From the NCBI RefSeq assembly GCF_963921235.1, contig NC_086097.1, positions 86,492,001 through 86,552,000 on the forward strand: 60,000 nt of DNA, read 5' to 3'. This DNA is from Mobula hypostoma. Lineage: Eukaryota. Below, one piece after another: positions 26,945-38,086 of this stretch. Positions within the stretch are counted from its first letter, which is position 1. Every line of letters begins with the position of its first letter. The translations under genes and the position numbers were made by a program. The notes under the pieces were generated by a model, which worked only from the letters and a program-made list of their open reading frames with translations, was not told where the DNA came from and searched no databases.

Positions 26945-27118
26945 ACAATATTCCACACTGAGCACATCTACTTGAAACGTTGTTATAGAAAAGCAGCATC
27001 CATCAAAGACCACCACCACCCAGGCCTTGCTCTTTTCTCACTGCTGCACTTGGGTAGAAGGTTCAAGTGCCTCGGGACTCGCACCACCAGGTTTAAGAAC
27101 AGTTACTACCCCTTCAAC
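26945..27118 (+). mobile_element. Rex1/Babar-related fragment
   Basis: KAASIKD.HHPGLALFSLL.LGRRFK.LGTRTTRFKNSYYP. Confidence 0.7.
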
Positions 27119-27119
27119 T

Positions 27120-30100
27120 ATAAGACCATGACACTGGAGTGGAATTAGGCCATTCAGTCCATTAAGTCTGCTCCGACATTCCATCATGGCTACTCCCAGA
27201 TCCCACTCAACCCCATACACCTGGCTTCCCACTATATCCTTTGATGTTCTGACCAATCAGGAAATTATCAACTTCTGCCTCAAACATACCCATGGACTTG
27301 GCCTCCACCGCTGACTGTGGCAAAGCATTCCACAGATTCACGACTCTCCGGCTAAAAAAGTTCCTCCTTGCCTCTGTTCTAAAGGCCATCCCCCAATTTT
27401 GAGGCTGTGCCCACTATTTCTGGATACTCCCACCATAGGAAACAACCTCTCCACATCCACCCTATCTAGTCCTTTGAAAATTCAGTTGGTTTCAATGAGA
27501 TACCCCGGCATTCTTCTAAATTCCAGTGAGTATAGGCCCAAAGCTGCTAAACACTCCTCACATGTTAACCTCTTCATTCCCGGAATCAACCTCATGACTC
27601 TCTCCCATGACAACACATCCTTTCTGGGATATGGGGCCCAAAACTGTTGTCAAAACTCCAAGTGCAGCCTGACTAGTGTCTTATAAAGGCTCAGCATTAT
27701 CTCCTTGCTTTTATATTCTATCCCCATTGAAATAAATGCCAACATTGCATTTACCTTCTTAACCACAAACTCAACCTGTAAATTAACCTTCTGGGAGTCC
27801 TGTATGAAGACTCCCAAATCCCTCTGATATTTGAACCTTCTCCCCATTTAGATAATAGATCGTACTATTGTTCCTTTCAGCAAAATACATTATTATACAT
27901 TTCCCAACACGATTCCATCTGCCACATTTTCACCCATTGCTTCCTCAACACTACCTACCCCTCCACCTATCTTCGTATCATCCACAAACTTTGCCACAAA
28001 GCCAACAATTCCATTATCCAAATCATTGACAAACAATATGAAAAGTAGTGGTCCCAAAAATGAGCACTGAGGAACACCACTAGTCACCAACAGCCAACTA
28101 AAAAAGGCCCCCTTTTATTCCCACTCACTGCCTTATGCTTGTCCACGGATGCTGTCCGACCTGCTGAGTTCCTCCAGTGTGTTGTGAGTGTTGCTTTGAT
28201 CCCAGCATCTGCAGATTATTTTGTGTTTACATGCCAGTATCTTTCCTGTAATGCCATAGGATTTTATCTTGTTAAGCAGTCTTATGTATTGCACCTTATC
28301 AAACGCCTTCTGAAATACCAAGTAAATGACATCCGCTGCCTCTCCTTTGTTCGCCCTGCTTGTTATTTCCTTGAAGAACTCTAACAGACTTGCCAGGCAA
28401 GATTTCCCTTTACAGAAAAGCCATGCTGACTTTGACTTATTTTATCATTAGTCTCCAAGGACCCCAAAACCTCATCCTTACTAATAGACTCCAACACTTT
28501 CCCAGCCACTGAAGTTAAGCTAACTGGCCTATAATTTCCTTTTTTTCCCCTTCCTCCCTTCTTAAACAGTGGAGTGTGACTTGCAATCTTCCAGGCCTCT
28601 GGGACCATGCCAGAATCAAGTGAGTCTTGAAAGATCATGACTAATGCATCTGTTATCTCTTCACCAACCTCTTTCAGGACTCTGGGATGTAGTCCATCTG
28701 TTCCAGGAGACTTATCCATCTTAAGATCTCTGAGTTTGCCTGGCACTTTTTCCTTTGTAATAGCAATGGCACTCATTCCCGCTCCGTGACACTCATGGAC
28801 CTTGGGCACACTGTTAGTGTCTTTCACAGTGAAGACTGATGCAAAGTACCCATTAAATTCATCTGCCACTTCTTTGTCCTCATTACTACCTCACCAGCAT
28901 CATTTTCCAGTGGTCTGATATCAACTCTCACCTCCCTTTGACTCTTTATGTAACTGAAAAAATTTGTAGTATCCTGTTTTATATTATTGTCTATCGCACT
29001 CATATTTCATCTTTTTCCTTCTTATAGCTTTTTTTGTTGGATTTTAAAAAGCTTCCCAATCATCCAACTCCCACTCATTTTTGCTACCTTATATGCCCTT
29101 TCCTTGGCTTTTACACAGTCCTTAACTTCCCCTGTCAGCCACGGTTGCTTATTCCTGTCAGTTGAGAACAACTATTTCTGTGGGATATACCTGTCCTGCA
29201 CCTTGTGAACTACTCCCAGAAACTTCAGCCACTTCTGCTCTGCTGTCATCCTCGCCAGTATTTTCCTCCAATCAACCTGGGCAAGGTCCTCTCTCATGCC
29301 TCTATAATTCCCTGTATTCCATTGTGATACTGATATATATGACTTATGCTTCTCCCTCTCAAATTGCAGTATAAATGCAATCATATTATGATCACTGCCT
29401 CCTAAAGATTCCTTTACATTAAGCTCCCTGATAAGATCTAGGTTATTTCACAATACCCTATCTAAAATAGCCTCTTCCAGAGTAGACTCAAGTACAAATT
29501 GCTCTAAAAAGCCATCTCGTAGCATTCAACAAATTCCCACTCGCGATCCAACACCAACTTAGTTTTCCCAATCCTATTGGATATTGAAGTCCCCCATAAC
29601 AATTGTGACATTACCCTTATTTTGTGCCTTTTTCAGCTCCCTTTGCAATCTCAATGTCACATCTTGGCTACTATTTGGAGGCTTATATATGATTTAACCT
29701 TTGCAGTATCTTAATGCCACCCATAAAAATTCAACATTCTCTGACCCTATGTCACCTCGTCCTAAAGATGTAATTCTATCTCTTACGAATAGGGCCACTC
29801 CACCGTCTATGCCTTCCTGCCTGTCCTTTTGATACAAAGGGTATCTTTTGATGTTAAGCTCCCAACTATGTCCTTCTTTCAGTCACGACTCAGTGATGCC
29901 CATAATGTCATTCCTACCGATTTCTAATTGCAACACGCATTTGACCACCTTAATCTGAATGCTATGCACATTTGAATACAACACCTTCAGTACTGCATTC
30001 TTCGCCATTTTCAGTTTTGCCTCTGTGGTACAATTTAACTCTTTGCTCTGTCTGCATTTGTACTCAATCATTGGCTTGTCTTTCCTTACATTCATGTTAC

Positions 30101-30147
30101 AGCCATCATCTACTAGCAAACCTGCTGGCTCATCCTCAGCTCTATCG
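27120..30147 (-). mobile_element. Long degraded CR1 LINE (endonuclease start to 3' tail) with a Penelope terminal fragment at ~28140-28230
   Basis: Remnants LKVLYSNVHSI..K...DIMGITES (APE endonuclease), KSPGTDGLHPRVLKE/NYRPVSLTS, GVPQCSFLGP..FVDD and RRNFFSRRVVNLWNALP, with many stops and frameshifts. Confidence 0.92.
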
Positions 30148-30149
30148 TG

Positions 30150-30425
30150 ATGTTTCCCATCAGGCTCTTGAACAAGAGGATAACTACACTCATTCTATTT
30201 CTGGTGTCCCAGCAACCAATGATCTCACTTTCAGGACTCTTTGTCTTGTTTCAAGTTCTTGTTATTTATTTATATTTGCATTTGCACAGTTTCTTGCTCA
30301 TTGATCATGTTTACAGTTACTGTTTTATAGATTTGCTGAGTATGCCTGCAAGGAAAAAAGAATCTCAGAGTTGTATGTGGTGACATATATGTACTCTGAT
30401 AATAAATTTTACTTTGAACTTTGAA
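30150..30425 (+). mobile_element. Rex1/Babar-related 3' end
   Basis: ccatcaggctcttgaac...gataataaattttactttgaactttgaac. Confidence 0.65.
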
Positions 30426-30704
30426 CATATCACCCAGTACTGTCATTGAAAGTTATATCACTTTATTGCAACTGAACTTTAGTGTGCAGTATATTCTTTG
30501 CTAGTCATTATGGGTTGGCTGTTGACTTAACACAGATATTAAATAGGGTGGGGTTTATTTAAGGTACATATTAAGTTCTGATATTCAGTTGTAACAAGAA
30601 AACCAGTTGCTTGCAACTTTCTCAAATCTGAATACAAACAAATTCACCTGTTAATCCCAATGGATGTAGCAACATCCAAGATGTTCAATCATTTCAAAGT
30701 CCAA

Positions 30705-31205
30705 ACTTTCAAGTTCAAAGGAAATTCTTTAGCAAAGTACATATATGTCACTATATACAACCTTGAGGTTTGTTTTCTTGCGGGCATACTCAGTAAATCC
30801 AAGGACCATAACAGAATCAATGAAAGGTTGTATCCAGAAGGGCGGACAGATGACCAACGTGCAAAAGGCAACAAACTATGCAAGTACAAACAAAAACTAA
30901 TAATAATAATAAATAAGTAAGAATAAATATCAAGAACATGAGATGAAGTCCTTGAGAGTGACTTCATAGGTTGTGGGAAGAGTTCAGTGAAGTTGAATGA
31001 AGTTATCCGTACTTGTTCAAGAGCTTGATGGTTGGATGGTAATAACTGTTCCTGTACTTGGTAGTGTGAGTCTGTACCTCCTTCGTGATGGCAGCAGTGA
31101 GAACAGAGCATGACCTGGGCGGTGGGGGTCTCCGATGAGGAATGTTGTTTTTCAGTGATAGTACTCCATGTAGATGTGCTCAATGGAGGGGAGGGCTTTA
31201 CTTGT
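30705..31205 (-). mobile_element. Rex1/Babar-related 3' fragment
   Basis: Homologous to 26295-26838 and inverted relative to 30150-30425. Confidence 0.65.
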
Positions 31206-31317
31206 GATTTATTGCCAGAGAAGTTGATTGAGTCATCACATAATCCTATATCAATCCCAGTTTTAATTTCTCCACATTTCCATCAACTTCCCCCAGATCC
31301 TACAGAGGCAGAAGAAC

Positions 31318-33200
31318 AGAAATTATAGGTTAGTTCATCTGACCTCTGTGGTTGGGAAGAAGCTGGAGTTGATTGTTAAGGATATGGCTTCAGAGTACTT
31401 GGAGGCACATGATTTAATAGACCATAGTAAGCATGGTTTCGTTAAGGGAAAATCTTGCCTGACAAATTTGTTAGAATTCTTTGAAGAAATAACAAACAGG
31501 ATAGACAAAGGCGAATCAATGGATGTTATGTACTTGATTTTCAGAATACCTTTGACAAGGTGCTACACATGAGGCTGCTTAACAAGTTAAGAGCCCATGG
31601 TATTACAGGAAAGATCCTAGCATAGATAAAAAGCAGTAGCTGATTGGCAGGAGACATTTAGTGGGAGTGAAGGGAGACTTTTCTGGTTGGCTGCCGGCCA
31701 CTAGTGGTGTTCCACAGGGGTCTGTGTTGGGACCACTTCTTTTTACATTATACGCCAATGACTGATGATGGAATTGATGGCTTTTTGGACAAGATTGCAG
31801 ATCATACAAAGATAGGTGGAGGAGCAGGTAATTTTGAAGAAGCATAAAGGCTACAGAAGGACTTAGATTAGGAGAATGAGCAAAGAAGTGGCAGATAGAA
31901 TGCAGTATCGGAAAGTATATGGTCACACACGTTGGTAATAGAAATAAAAGGGTAGAATATTTACTAAATGGAGAGAAAATTCAAAAATCTGAGATACAAA
32001 GGGACCATATTACTTCTATTCTGGCCTCTCTACACTGGCTACCAGTACGGTTTAGAATTGATTTTAAGGTTCTCCTGTTTGTTTATAAAGCCCTAAATGG
32101 GCTGGCCCCCTCCTATATCGCAGACCTTCTAACCCCTTATTCTGCTTCCAGGTCCCTCAGGTCAGCTGACTTGGGGCTCCTGGCGTCCCGCGATCTAAAT
32201 TTAAGTTCAGGGGTGACCGCGGCTTTGCTGTTATAGCCCCTAGGCTGTGGAACAGCATTCCCCTCCCTATCAGATCTGCCCCCACCATTGACTCTTTTAA
32301 GTCCAGGCTCAAAACTTACCTTTATTCACTAGCATTTGAGTCTTCCTGATGTGGCTGATTTTTGGCTTGTGTCTATTTTGTGTTCTTTATTTTGTGCCTA
32401 TAAGCTGTGTGCCTTGTTGTTTATATCTGTGTTTCTTGTATTTGTGATTTTAGCTACCTGTTATGGTTTGTACAGCACTTTGATCAACATGGGTTGTTTT
32501 TAAATGTGCTTTATAAGTAAATTTGACTTGACTTGACTTGGGAGTCTTTGTGCAGGATTCCCTGAAGGTTAATCTGCAGGTTGTTTCAATAGTGAGGAAT
32601 GCAAATGCGATGTAAGAGGAATAGAATATAAAAGCAAGGATGTAATGTTAAGGCTTAATAAGGCACTGATGAGGCCTCACTTGAAGAATTATGAGCAGAT
32701 TTGGTCCCCTTATCTAAGAAAGGGTGGCTAAAACTGAAGAGGGTTTGAAAATAATTCCAGAATTGAAATGCTTGTCATATGACGAGCATTTGATGGCTCT
32801 GGGCCTGTACTCACTGGAATTCTGAAGAATGAGGTGCGACCTTATTAAAACCTATCGAATGTTGAAAGGCCTCGATAGAGTGGATGTAGAAAGGATCCTT
32901 CTTATGGTGAGGGAGTCTAAAACCAGAGGACACAGCCTCAGAATAGAGGTTCATCCTTTTAGAATGGGCATGAGGAGGAATTTCTTCAGCCAGAGAATGG
33001 TGAATCTGTCAAATTTGTTGCCACAGTTGGCTGTGGAGGGCAAGTCATTGGGTATACTTAAGCCAGAGGTCAATAAATTCTAGATTAGTCAGGACATGAA
33101 GGAATATGGTGAGAAAGCAGGAGATTGGAACTGAGAGGGAAAATGGATCAGCCATAATAGATGGGCCAAATGGCCTAATTCTGTTCCTATATCTTATGGT
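31318..33200 (+). mobile_element. Degraded CR1 LINE, interrupted by an L2 fragment
   Basis: KHGFVKGKSCLTNLLEFFEE (31348..31572) and DLIKTYRMLKGLDRVD...RRNFFSQR (32829..33083). Tail cctatatcttatggt. Confidence 0.9.
32003..32540 (+). mobile_element. 5'-truncated L2 LINE with (GACTT)n tail
   Basis: DHITSILASLHWLPVRFRIDFKVLLFVYKALNGLAPSYIADLL..Y...RSLRS, the characteristic L2 C-terminal motif. Confidence 0.9.
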
Positions 33201-36200
33201 TTACACTCATTACATTAAGGACAATTTGCAATAATCATTAATCGACTGTAGAATATCTCTTGGAATATTGTGTGTGTGGGTGGGCAGAGATGAGAACAGG
33301 AACGTCGAAGTAAAACCGAGGAGTTACAGAGAGAACATTCTGTCTCCACAGAGGAAATCAGGACTGAACCCAGATCACCGTAACTGCAAGGCAACAGTTC
33401 TGCAGGTTGCACCACTGTACCGTCCCAGTTTACTGCCTGAGTTGAGCAAAGTTGATCTCAAAACATTGCAAACCGTGTATTGGTCAGTAAACAACAGTCC
33501 AAAATCAATAGTGATCTCGCTGTCACACGAAGTTCAAGAAAGAAAAAATAAGGTCTATACTGAAGTGAGTTAGATATATGAGGAAATGACGAATGAATTA
33601 TTGATTCAAATTACGCAAACTTGAGTTGAAGATAACAACACTAATGCTGGCACACAGAAAGCTTTCATTGCTTTCGATATGGCAAAGATGGTTTATCTTT
33701 CATCTAACTTCAGCAAAGAGGGTCAATGTATACTCTGCATTATGTAAGAAAACTGGCACATGATTGAATTCGCTTTAAAAAAATATTTCTGCCAAATTGT
33801 TTTGCTGAGAAATTCATGGAAGTGTTCTCCTCTTTCAGAGCTGCAATCTGTTCACGACAGTAACAGTAGTCCCTACAGAATGGTACCAAAAGCTGATAGA
33901 CACAATCATAGAACTTTGAAAATAAACATATTCAGATCAAGATGCTAGGGAATAGGAATTGAATGAGGTTTAGACCAAAAATGACAGAAAATTTTCAAAG
34001 TCTGAGAGAGGTTTCTTGGGGAAGAAAGTCTCTCCTGGAATGGCACTGAATTTATCAGAAAAAGGCGGCTGCTCCATTGGTGGATGATCTTAAATTAATT
34101 TTGGGATCAGTTACCTCAGGCTACTATGGGAGGCGAGGGAGGAGATTGCTGAGTCTCTGGTGATGATCTTTGCATCATCACTGGGGACAGGAGAGGTTCT
34201 GGAGGATTGGAGAGTTGCAGATGTTGTTCCCTTATTCAAGAAAGGGAGTAGAGATAGCCCAGGAAATTATAGACAAGTCTTACTTCAGTGGTTGGTAAGA
34301 TGACGGAGAAGATCCAGAGAGGCAGGATTTATGAACATTTGGAGAGGCATAATATGATTAGGGATAGTCAGCATGGCTGTACGAACCTGACTGAATTTTT
34401 CTGAGGATGTGACTAAACACATTGATGAAGGTAGAGCAGTAGCTGTAGTGTATATGGATTTCAGCAAGGCATTTGACAAGGTACCCCATGCAAGGCTTAC
34501 TAAGAAAGTAAGGAGGCATGGGATCCAAGGGGAGTTTGTTTACTGGATCCATAACTGGCTTGCCCACAGAAGGCAAAGAGTGGTTGTAGACAGGTCATAT
34601 TCAGCATGGAGGTCGGTGACCAGTGGCGTGCCTCAGGGATCTATTCTGGGACCCCTACTCTTCGTGATTTTTATAAATGACCTGGATGACCTGGAAGTGG
34701 AGTTAGTAAGTTTGCTGATGACACAATAGTTGAAGATGTTGTGGATAGTGTGGAGAGCTGTCAAGGGTTACAGTGGGACATTGATAGGATGCAAAAATGG
34801 GCTGAGAAGTGGCAGATGGAGTTCAACCCAGATAAGTGTGAGGTGGTTCATTTTGGTAGATCAAATATGATGGCAGAATATAGTATTAATGGTAAGACTC
34901 TAGGCAGTGTGGAGGATCAGAGAGATCTTGGGATCTGAGTCCAGAGGACACTCAAAGCTGCTGTGCAGGTTGACTCTGTGGTTAAGAAGGCATACTGTGT
35001 ATTGGCCTTCATCAGTCGTGGGATTGAGTTCAGGAGCAGAGAGGTAATGTTGCAGCTATATAGGACCCTGGTCAGACCTCACTTGGAATACTGTGCTCAG
35101 TTCTGGTCGCCTCACTATAGGAAGGATGTGGAAACCATAGGAAGGGTGCAAAGGATATTTACGAAGTTATAGTTATAGTTCCCACACCCCGCACTTCCCG
35201 TTTCTACCTCCTACCCAAGATCCACAAACCTGCCTATCCAAATAGACCTATTGTTTCAGCTTGCTCCTGCCCCACCAAACTCATTTCTGCATACCTCAAC
35301 ACTGTTTTATCCCCCCTTGTTCAATGCCTTCCTACCTATGTTCATGACACCTCTCATGCTCTGAAACTTTTCAATGATTTTAGGTTCCCTGGCCCCCACT
35401 GCTTTATTTTCACCATGGATGTCCAGTCCCTATATACTTCCATCCCCCATCAGGAAGGTCTCAAAGCTCTCCGCTTCTTTTTAGATTCCAGACCTAACCC
35501 GTTCCCCTCTACCACCACTCTGCTCCATCTAGTCGAATTAGTCCTTACTCTTAACAATTTCTCCTTTGGCTCCTCCCACTTCCTCCAAACTAAAGGTGTA
35601 GCCATGGGCATTCGTATGGGTCCTAGCTATGCCTGCCTTTTTGTTGGCTTTGTGGAATAATCTATGTTCCAAGCCTATTCTGGTATCTGTCCCCCAATTT
35701 TCCTTCGCTACATCGACGACTGCATTGGCGCTGCTTCCTGCACGCATGCTGAGCTTGTTGACTTCATTAACTTTGCCTTCAACTTTCACCTTGCCCTCAA
35801 GTTTACCTGGTCCATTTCCGACACCTCCCTCCCCTTTCTAGATCTTTCTATCTCTATCTCTGGAGACAGCTCATCTACCGATGTCTACCATAAGCTTACT
35901 GACTCTCACAGCTATCTGGACTATTCATCTTCTCACCCTGTCTCTTGCAAAAATCTCATCCCCTTCTCGCAATTCCTCCATCTCCACCGCATCTGCTCTC
36001 AGGATGAGGCTATTCATTCCAAGACGAAGGAGGTGTCCTCCTTTTTTAAAGAAAGGGGCTTCCCTTCCTCCACCATCAACTCTGCTCTCAAACACATCTC
36101 CCCCATTTCACGTACATCTGCTCTCACTCCATCCTCCCGCCACCCGACTAGGAATAGGGTTCCCCTGGTCCTCACCTACCACCCCACCAGCCTCCTGGTC

Positions 36201-36864
36201 CAACATATTATTCTCCGTAACTTCCGTCACCTCCAACAGGATCCCACCACTAAGCACATCTTTCCCTCCCCCCGCCCCCGCTTTCCGCAGGGATCGCTCC
36301 CTATGCGACTCCCTTGTCCATTCGTCCCCCCACCATCCCTCCCCACTGATCTCCCTCCTGGCACTTATCCTTGTAAGCAGAACAAGTGCTACACATGCCC
36401 TTACACTTCCTCCCTCACCACCATTCAGGGCCCCAGACAGTTCTTCCAGGTGAGGCAACACTTCAACTGAGAGTCAGCTGGGGTGATATACTGCGTCCAG
36501 TGCTCCCGATGTGGCATTCTATATATTGGCGAGACCCGACGCAGACTGGGAGACCGTTTCGCTGAACACCTACGCTCTGTCCGCCAGAGAAAGCAGGACC
36601 TCCCAGTGGCCACACATTTTAATTCCACGTCCCATTCCCATTCTGATATGTCTATCCACGGCCTCCTCTACTGTCAAGATGAAGCCACACTCAGGCTGGA
36701 GGAACAACACCTTATATTCCGTCTGGGTAGCCTCCAACCTGATGGCATGAATATTGACTTCTCTAACTTCCGCTAATGCCCCACCTCCCCCTCGTACCCT
36801 ATCCGTTATTTATTTATATATACACATTCTTTCTCTCTCTCTCTCTCTCCTTTTTCTCCCTCTG

Positions 36865-36975
36865 GGGAGAAAGCAGGAACAGGGTACTGATTGTGGATGA
36901 TCAGCCATGATCACAGTGAATGGTGGTGCTGGCTCAAAGGGCTGAATGGTCTACTGCTGCACCTATTGTCTATTG
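36865..36975 (+). mobile_element. Very short CR1 3'-end insertion inside the Penelope 3' region
   Basis: CR1 3' UTR gatcagccatgatc...ggctcaaagggctgaatgg..tactgctgcacc with a (TATTGTC)n tail. Absent from the homologous Penelope segment at ~43380-43400. Flanked by tctg/tctg. Confidence 0.8.
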
Positions 36976-37191
36976 TCTGTCCCTCTCACTATACCCCTTA
37001 CCCATCCTCTGGGTTTCCACCACCCCCCCGTTGTCTTTCTCCCTGGGCCTCCTGTCCTATGATTCTCTCATATCCCTTTTGCCAATCAACTGTCCAGCTC
37101 TTGACTCCATCCCTCCCCCTCCTGTCTTCTCCTATCATTTTGGATCTCCTCCTCCCCCTCCCACTTTCAAATCTCTTACTAGCTCTTCTTT

Positions 37192-37233
37192 CAGTTAGTC
37201 CTGACAAAGAATCTCGGCCCGAAACATCAACTG
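37192..37233 (+). ncRNA. Degenerate hammerhead motif in the Penelope pseudo-LTR
   Basis: cagttagtc-CTGACAA-agaatctcggccc-GAAA-c-ATC-aactg. Core G8 is mutated. Confidence 0.5.
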
Positions 37234-37790
37234 TACCTCTTCCTATAGCTGCTGCCTGGCCTGCTGCGTTCACCAGCAACTTTTACGTGTTTTGCTTTAA
37301 ATTCCAGCACCTGCAGATTTCCTCATGTTTACTAAGTTGTTGCCTGGATTGGGGAGCATGCCTTATGAGAATAGGTTGCCTGAACTCGGCCTTTTTTCCT
37401 TGGAGTGACGGAGGATGAGAGGTGACCTGTTAGAGGTGTATAAGATGATGAGAGGCATTGATCGTGTGGATAATCAGAGGCTTTTTCCCCAGGGCAGAAA
37501 TGGCTAGCGTGAGAGGGCACATTTTTAAAGGTGCTTGGAAGCAGGTACAGAGGAGATATCAGGGGTAAGTTTTTCTTACACAGAGAGTGGTGAGTGCGTG
37601 GAATAGGCTGCTGGCGACAGTGGTGGAGGTGGATACGAGAGGGTCTTTTAAGAGACTCCTAGACAGGTACATGGAGCTCAGAAAAATAGAGGGCTATGGG
37701 TAACCCAAGGTAATTTCTCAGTTAAGGACATGTTCGCCACAGCTTTGTGGGCCGAAGGGCCTGGATTGTACTGTAGGTTTTCTTTGTCTT

Positions 37791-38086
37791 CCTTTTTTTG
37801 GTGTGTGCGTGCGTAGTTGTGCGTCTGCGTGCGTGCGTGCGTCCGTCCGTGCGTGCGATGTCTTTTTCATGCCCTTACAAGGCGCGGAGCAAGAGAGAGA
37901 GAGACTGTGTGGCACGCCACTCCCCACACAGATACTTTTCCCTTTATTTTATGAGGTCGACTTGCGATCTCGATACTCAACCCGGCATGGATGGAAAACG
38001 TACTTGGGAGCGGACCCGACTGGATTCGAACTCAGGAACCTCCATTCCAAGGTCCGGCGCTGATGTCATTGCGCCACCAGTCGGCC
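37791..38086 (-). mobile_element. Young CpG-rich tRNA-derived SINE
   Basis: Head GGCCGACTGGTGGCGCAATG (A box), GAGTTCGAATCC (B box, 38022-38033), a (GCAC)n region and a short poly(A). Imperfect 13-bp TSD at 37777-37789 and 38087-38099. Confidence 0.75.

Larger units (their letters stand above)
35169..37327 (+). mobile_element. Penelope-like retroelement: RT, GIY-YIG endonuclease and 3' pseudo-LTR; 5'-truncated with stops
   Basis: MDVQSLYTSIP, GVAMG..MGPSYACLF, RYIDD, and VIYCVQCSRCGILYIGETRRRLGDRFAEH. 11-bp TSD tttac(g/t)aagtt at 35158-35168 and 37328-37338. Confidence 0.95.
34111..37785 (+). mobile_element. CR1 LINE split by a Penelope insertion (CR1 parts ~34111-35168 and ~37328-37785)
   Basis: [21 protein letters not shown] and RPHLEYCAQFWSP. 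The frame resumes after 37338 (LPGLG.MPYENRL). Confidence 0.93.

Noticed and set aside
35415..36776. RT plus GIY-YIG nuclease as a novel retron-like or defence system
   Set aside because: This domain pair defines Penelope-like elements, and the copy is truncated with stops and a frameshift.
38010..38086. Possible tRNA gene
   Set aside because: It has A and B boxes but no convincing cloverleaf, and it continues into a body, poly(A) and TSD, so it is a SINE head.
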